From assembly GCA_023246755.1 (NCBI GenBank), contig JAHFHU010000002.1, forward strand, positions 3,702 to 67,701: a DNA stretch of 64,000 bases. Reading direction: 5' to 3'. This DNA comes from Candidatus Magasanikiibacteriota bacterium (GTDB lineage Bacteria > Patescibacteriota > Patescibacteriia > Magasanikbacterales > 2-02-FULL-50-9b). Below, in pieces: positions 59,705 to 64,000 of the stretch. The notes under the pieces were generated by a model. It saw only the letters and a list, made by a program, of their open reading frames with translations. It was not told the origin of the DNA and made no database searches. Each line of letters begins with the position of its first letter. Positions within the stretch are counted from its first letter, which is position 1. The translations under genes were made by a program, and so were the position numbers.

Positions 59705-60169
59705 ATGTCTGAAAAAAATTTTGATGCGTGGTTTGTGCTTAAAAAAAGAGTGCATGACAGACATGCTTTTTCATCGCGTCCGGGTGGTGATCGATTTTTT
59801 CAGGTGCGCGATGTATGGTTTTGTTCAATTGGTGAAAATATTGGCCACGAACAGGATGGAAAGCACACGTACTTTGAGCGCCCTGTTTTGATTGTTCAAA
59901 AATTTAATCACGATATGTTTTGGGGTGTTCCACTCACCAGCAATCTTAAACAAGGCCGGTATTGCCTTGAGATTTTTTTTGCTGGTCGATACAGCTCAGC
60001 CATGCATTCGCAGTTGCGTTTATGGGACGCGCGCAGATTGTTGCGAAAAATCGATCGTATTTCTGAGAGTGATCACCGGCAGATTACAGAAAAAATAATT
60101 TCTATTTTAAAATTAAGCGGCTCCCCGCATGAGCGAGGAGCCTCGGAGCCCGAAGGCGTAGTGAAGTAA
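59705..60169 (+). CDS. PemK/MazF-family endoribonuclease toxin, copy 1
   Basis: VWFCSIGENIGHEQDGK..FERPVLIVQKFN..WGVPLTS..SQLR..D.RRL.RKI. Confidence 0.85.
   Translation: MSEKNFDAWFVLKKRVHDRHAFSSRPGGDRFFQVRDVWFCSIGENIGHEQDGKHTYFERPVLIVQKFNHDMFWGVPLTSNLKQGRYCLEIFFAGRYSSAMHSQLRLWDARRLLRKIDRISESDHRQITEKIISILKLSGSPHERGASEPEGVVK
60109..60162 (-). ncRNA. candidate RNA antitoxin 1 (~54 nt), convergent to toxin 1
   Basis: Promoter TTGACA(60197-60192)-17-TATAGT(60174-60169); ACUAC-GCC UUCG GGC-UCCGA-GGCUCCUCGC UCAU GCGGGGAGCC-GCUUAAUUUU. Confidence 0.65.
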
Positions 60170-60199
60170 CTATAGAATATTTTAAATTAGCTGTCAAAT

Positions 60200-60586
60200 A
60201 TGTCTGAAAAAAATTTTGATGCGTGGAACGAATACAAAAAAGAACTCGACGCGCACAGACGAAACCTTATTTTTCGGCCGGGTGAAGTTTGGTTTTGCTC
60301 AATCGGTGAAAATATTGGGCGCGAACAAAATGGGAAAAATAATTTGTTTGAGCGACCGATTTTAATCATAAAAAAATTCAATCGTGAGATGTTTTGGGGT
60401 GCGCCACTCACCTCGAAAGAGCATAGTGGCTCTTGGTATTATAATTTTTTTTACGACGGCATTTTAGAAACTGTTATTCTGGTCCAACTTCGTTTAGTTG
60501 ATATTGGCCGATTACAACGAAAATTGTTTCGGATAAATGTGGTTCACCGACTTGCGATTCGTGAAAAACTCAAGAACTTGTTATAA
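60200..60586 (+). CDS. PemK/MazF-family endoribonuclease toxin, copy 2
   Basis: Same start MSEKNFDAW; VWFCSIGENIGREQNGK..FERPILIIKKFN..WGAPLTS. Confidence 0.85.
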   Translation: MSEKNFDAWNEYKKELDAHRRNLIFRPGEVWFCSIGENIGREQNGKNNLFERPILIIKKFNREMFWGAPLTSKEHSGSWYYNFFYDGILETVILVQLRLVDIGRLQRKLFRINVVHRLAIREKLKNLL

Positions 60587-60664
60587 CAAAAAATCCCCGA
60601 AGGGATTTTTTGTAAGTCATTCGGCTGCTTGCGCAGCCTCGGATGTGGACGAATCCACGATAGT
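60587..60664 (-). ncRNA. candidate RNA antitoxin 2 (~78 nt including terminator), convergent to toxin 2
   Basis: Promoter TTGACA(60699-60694)-17-TATACT(60676-60671); ACUAUC-GUGGA UUCG UCCAC-A-UCCGA-GGCUGC GCAA GCAGCC, then bidirectional terminator 60587-60612. Confidence 0.65.
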
Positions 60665-60749
60665 AACGCAAGTATAAAACACGAGGCATGTTCTGTCAAA
60701 CGCCGAAATTTGAATTCACCCGAACAAGTGCTATACTTGCCTCTATAAT

Positions 60750-61634
60750 ATGAAAATTAGAAAAGCAATTATTCCGGTAGCGGGTTACGGGACGCGTTTT
60801 CTTCCGGCCACAAAGGCGCAACCAAAAGAAATGTTGCCAATTGTTGATAAACCGACGGTGCAATACGTGGTCGAGGAAATCGTTGCTGCGGGCATTACGG
60901 ATATTATTTTTGTGACGCGTCGCGGTAACCACATGCTTGAAGACCATTTTGACAGCAATATTGAACTCGAGCGCCAGCTTGAAGCGGCGGGGAAGCTCGA
61001 TCGTCTCAAACTCGTGCGCGACATCAACCACCTCGCACATTTTTACTACGTTCGTCAAACGCGTGACATGCCCTATGGCAACGGTACGCCGCTGCTTGCC
61101 GCGAAAGAATTGATCGGCGACGAGCCGTTCATCTATGTGTTTCCGGACGACGTAGTTGATTCGGCGGTGAGCGCGACGAAACAGCTCGTGCAGGCATACG
61201 AAAAACTCGATGATCCTGCCGCAATCATCGGTGTCCAGGAAATGCCGGATGAGGTTCTTCATCTGTATGGCGTGGTTAAGCCGAAAAAGGGCGCGCAAAA
61301 AATCGCAGGCGCGATGCGCGTTGAATCTGTGATCGAAAAACCCGCGGCCGGCACGGCGCCGAGCAATCTTGCGCAGTTTGGTCGGTTCGTTTTGACGCCC
61401 GACGTGATTCGCGCACTTGAGAAACAGCCGCTCGGCAAGGATAATGAGCTTTGGTTGACCGACGCTTTGATGGCTGTCGCAAAAAAGAAACCGGTCTACG
61501 CAAAAACTATCGACGGCACATGGTATACGACCGGTGATCCATTCAACTATCTCAAAGCAACGATTGCGTTTGGTCTCAAACATCCCAAAGTGGGAAAAGA
61601 GTTTACGCAATATTTGCGCGATTTGAAAATTTAA
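60750..61634 (+). CDS. galU: UTP--glucose-1-phosphate uridylyltransferase
   Basis: KAIIPVAGYGTRFLPATKAQPKEMLPIVDKP, IEKP, ELWLTDA. Confidence 0.92.
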   Translation: MKIRKAIIPVAGYGTRFLPATKAQPKEMLPIVDKPTVQYVVEEIVAAGITDIIFVTRRGNHMLEDHFDSNIELERQLEAAGKLDRLKLVRDINHLAHFYYVRQTRDMPYGNGTPLLAAKELIGDEPFIYVFPDDVVDSAVSATKQLVQAYEKLDDPAAIIGVQEMPDEVLHLYGVVKPKKGAQKIAGAMRVESVIEKPAAGTAPSNLAQFGRFVLTPDVIRALEKQPLGKDNELWLTDALMAVAKKKPVYAKTIDGTWYTTGDPFNYLKATIAFGLKHPKVGKEFTQYLRDLKI

Positions 61635-61637
61635 AAT

Positions 61638-63065
61638 ATGTTCAAGCGATCTTTGACAATCAGTTTACTCTTCGCAACGCTCGTCTTGACCGGCGCGGGA
61701 TGTGGCGCCGCGGCCGCGCCTGCAGCTCCGGTTGCGAACACGGGGCCGGTGACGCTTCAATATTGGGGTGTGTTCACTGACACGGATGACATGGCGATTT
61801 TGATCAATGTTTTTCAGAAAAAACATCCGAATATTCAAATTCAGTATCGCAAATTTCGTCCCGAGGAGTATGAGCAAAAATTGCTTGAAGCGTTTGCTGA
61901 TGATCGCGGCCCGGATATTTTCAGTATTCACAGCACGTGGCTTCAAAAATATAAATCAAAATTGAGCCCGATGCCAACAAAGATCAGTTATCCGGTGTTT
62001 ACAAAAACAGGGAGCGGCATGAGTGAAAAAACAGTTGTTACATCCGAAGATCGCGCGGGGCTCACGCTCAAACAGATGCGCGATCAGTTTGTGCAGACCG
62101 TTGAAGAGGACACGATGGACGAAGCGGTTGCGACGTCAACGGTAAAATCGATTTTTGCGCTGCCATTTTTTGTCGACTCGCTCGCACTTTATTACAACAA
62201 AGATGTATTGGCTGAAAATGCGATTACAAAGCCCGCAAAAGATTGGGACGGCTTGCGAGTACATGCGGAGACACTCACCAAGCGAATTAATGACACGGAT
62301 ACGATTACGCAAGCTGCAGTTGCGCTCGGGACCGGAACGACGGTGCATCGCGCTGCTGATATTTTGTTGGCGCTCATGGCGCAAAACGGCGCTCGCATCA
62401 CGAACGAGAAAAATCAATTTACATTTAATGGTCCCGGCAATACGATTCCAAATAAAGACGAAGCGCTTCCGGGTGCGCGCGCGCTTGAGTTTTATCTTGA
62501 TTTCGCAAATCCAAATACAAAAGCATACAGCTGGAATGACCAACAGGGCGATGCGCTCAATGCGTTTGCCGACGGCAAGCTCACGTATTATTTTGGGTAT
62601 TCCTATGATATGTCCGTGATTCGTTCGCGAAATCCGCGATTGAATTTCGACGTGACCGCGCTTCCGCAGCTTGAAAAACCAAAAAATATCGCGAATTATT
62701 GGATGGAGGCGGTCGCAAATAAATCAAAGCGCAAAAATGAGGCGTGGTTGTTTGTGCTCGAATCTGCAACAAATAAAGAAGCGCTGACGAAATTTTTGAA
62801 AGCAACGGGTCGCGCTTCGGCACTTACTGAATTGATCGCGTCTGAAATTGACGATATCGATCTTGGGGTTTTTGCGAAACAAAATTTGACCGCGCACACA
62901 TGGTACCACGGTTCGGATAGCAAGGTGGCGGAACAAATTATCGCCGAATTAATTGATGCGACGCGCGCTGCACTTGCAAATCCGAGTGGTGAAAAAATTG
63001 ATGCGGAGCAGATTGTGCAAGAAGCGATTGATCGGGCGGCGAAGCGTCTCAACAACACACTATGA
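61638..63065 (+). CDS. sugar-type ABC extracellular solute-binding lipoprotein
   Basis: Lipobox TGAGC; GPDIF, ALP..D.LALYYNKD, AF.DGK. Confidence 0.85.
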   Translation: MFKRSLTISLLFATLVLTGAGCGAAAAPAAPVANTGPVTLQYWGVFTDTDDMAILINVFQKKHPNIQIQYRKFRPEEYEQKLLEAFADDRGPDIFSIHSTWLQKYKSKLSPMPTKISYPVFTKTGSGMSEKTVVTSEDRAGLTLKQMRDQFVQTVEEDTMDEAVATSTVKSIFALPFFVDSLALYYNKDVLAENAITKPAKDWDGLRVHAETLTKRINDTDTITQAAVALGTGTTVHRAADILLALMAQNGARITNEKNQFTFNGPGNTIPNKDEALPGARALEFYLDFANPNTKAYSWNDQQGDALNAFADGKLTYYFGYSYDMSVIRSRNPRLNFDVTALPQLEKPKNIANYWMEAVANKSKRKNEAWLFVLESATNKEALTKFLKATGRASALTELIASEIDDIDLGVFAKQNLTAHTWYHGSDSKVAEQIIAELIDATRAALANPSGEKIDAEQIVQEAIDRAAKRLNNTL

Positions 63066-63874
63066 CATTTATTTCCCGCTGGTTCATGAGCGCCGCCGTC
63101 ACGATGGTCATGATGAGCATGTTTATCGCGACGCCACTCGTTGCGCACGGCGCCGGATTGTTACCCGAACCAACAGGGAAGTGTCCCGAGAACTATCAAA
63201 ATGGAACGCAAGCGGATTTAAGCACGCCGTGCAAAGATGGTGGAGAGCGTGATTATGCGCTTGATGATATTAAATCGTTTCTCGCAATTATTGGCAACAC
63301 ATTGCTCGGCGTTTCCGGCGCGATCGTTTTATTTTGCTTTGTGCTCGGTGGATTTTTCTGGCTTGCGTCCGCGGGCAACGAAAAAATGGTCAGTCGCGGG
63401 AAAACACTCATTTCGAGCGCGGTGATTGGCCTCATCATTATTTTTACCGCATACACACTCGTCGTATTTGGGGTTAAAGAATTGACCGGCGAGCGAGCCG
63501 CTGAATTTATTCCTGCTCCACAAAATTCATCAACAGGCGGCGGCGCAAAAGCGGCCGGAGTTATCAAAGGTTCTATTTCAAAACCACCGTCGGGCATGGA
63601 GCCAACTGCGGTTTGTGCTGCAATCAGTGGCACCTGTATGTCCGCGAATAAATGTACGACCGCATATTCGATTTTGGGCGCATGCGCGTCAATTGGTTCG
63701 TCGCAACAAGAATGCTGTATGGAAATTGACCAAGGATCTCAGAAAACAGATTGCGGGAAAATCGGTGGTACATGCCAAGAAGAGAGCGTGACGTGCGCGG
63801 GTGCAGTTGTCAAAGGGTTGTGCAACGGAAAAGGGCAGGGGGCAAGCGTTCAGTGCTGCATCAAAACTTCGTAG
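63062..63874 (+). CDS. CPR-type pilin-like protein with two C-terminal six-Cys repeats
   Basis: GG..W.ASAGN...V..GK..I..AVIGLIII..AY pilin motif; C..ISGTC..C..C..CC twice. Confidence 0.75.
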   Translation: MTFISRWFMSAAVTMVMMSMFIATPLVAHGAGLLPEPTGKCPENYQNGTQADLSTPCKDGGERDYALDDIKSFLAIIGNTLLGVSGAIVLFCFVLGGFFWLASAGNEKMVSRGKTLISSAVIGLIIIFTAYTLVVFGVKELTGERAAEFIPAPQNSSTGGGAKAAGVIKGSISKPPSGMEPTAVCAAISGTCMSANKCTTAYSILGACASIGSSQQECCMEIDQGSQKTDCGKIGGTCQEESVTCAGAVVKGLCNGKGQGASVQCCIKTS

Positions 63875-63894
63875 TAGTGTATACTGTCAATAAT

Positions 63895-64000
63895 ATGATG
63901 AAACAACGAACTATTTTTTTTGCGATCATCGCATCGATCGGAATTTTGTCTGCCGCACTTGTTTCGACACATGCTGTTTTCGCGGCTGATTCCGTTTCAG
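63895..64000 (+). CDS. partial secreted protein (signal peptide), truncated by window
   Basis: MMKQRTIFFAIIASIGILSAALVSTHAVFAADSVS. Confidence 0.6.
   Translation, partial: MMKQRTIFFAIIASIGILSAALVSTHAVFAADSVS

Noticed and set aside
58674-60699. Tyrosine recombinase as a prophage or integron integrase with toxin cassettes
   Set aside because: The sequence looks like a housekeeping Xer. No att duplication, phage genes or attC-type GTTRRRY/RYYYAAC ends were recognised, and the downstream hairpins come with their own promoters.

Overview
This looks like the replication-origin region of a bacterial chromosome. The gene content suggests a Patescibacteria/CPR organism (inferred from several TrmB-like regulators, a CPR-type pilin, DUF2207 and CARDB surface proteins, and mostly AT-rich, SD-poor translation starts). 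The core is rpmH-rnpA-yidD divergent from dnaA-oriC-dnaN. Two parS sites lie ~16 kb away, and the + strand switches visibly from C-rich to G-rich around 32 kb. Housekeeping genes include pnp, rpsO, tig, nfo, polA, holA, rpsT, rmuC, galU, lspA, a class A PBP and four tRNAs. No rRNA, CRISPR array or clear mobile element was found. The most notable signal is a tandem pair of PemK/MazF-family toxin genes with no protein antitoxin. Each is followed by a near-consensus, convergent sigma70 promoter that would make a small RNA of shared architecture (5'-ACUAY, UUCG hairpin, UCCGA linker, GGCU...AGCC hairpin), a candidate new RNA-antitoxin system. Other candidates: a ~460-nt and a ~235-nt structured ncRNA, each with its own promoter; a membrane-pyrophosphatase-like protein lacking its catalytic loops; a stand-alone RNA polymerase alpha-CTD fusion; and an apparently inactive LAGLIDADG protein beside parS. 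All calls come from reading the sequence and recognising motifs; no database search was run.
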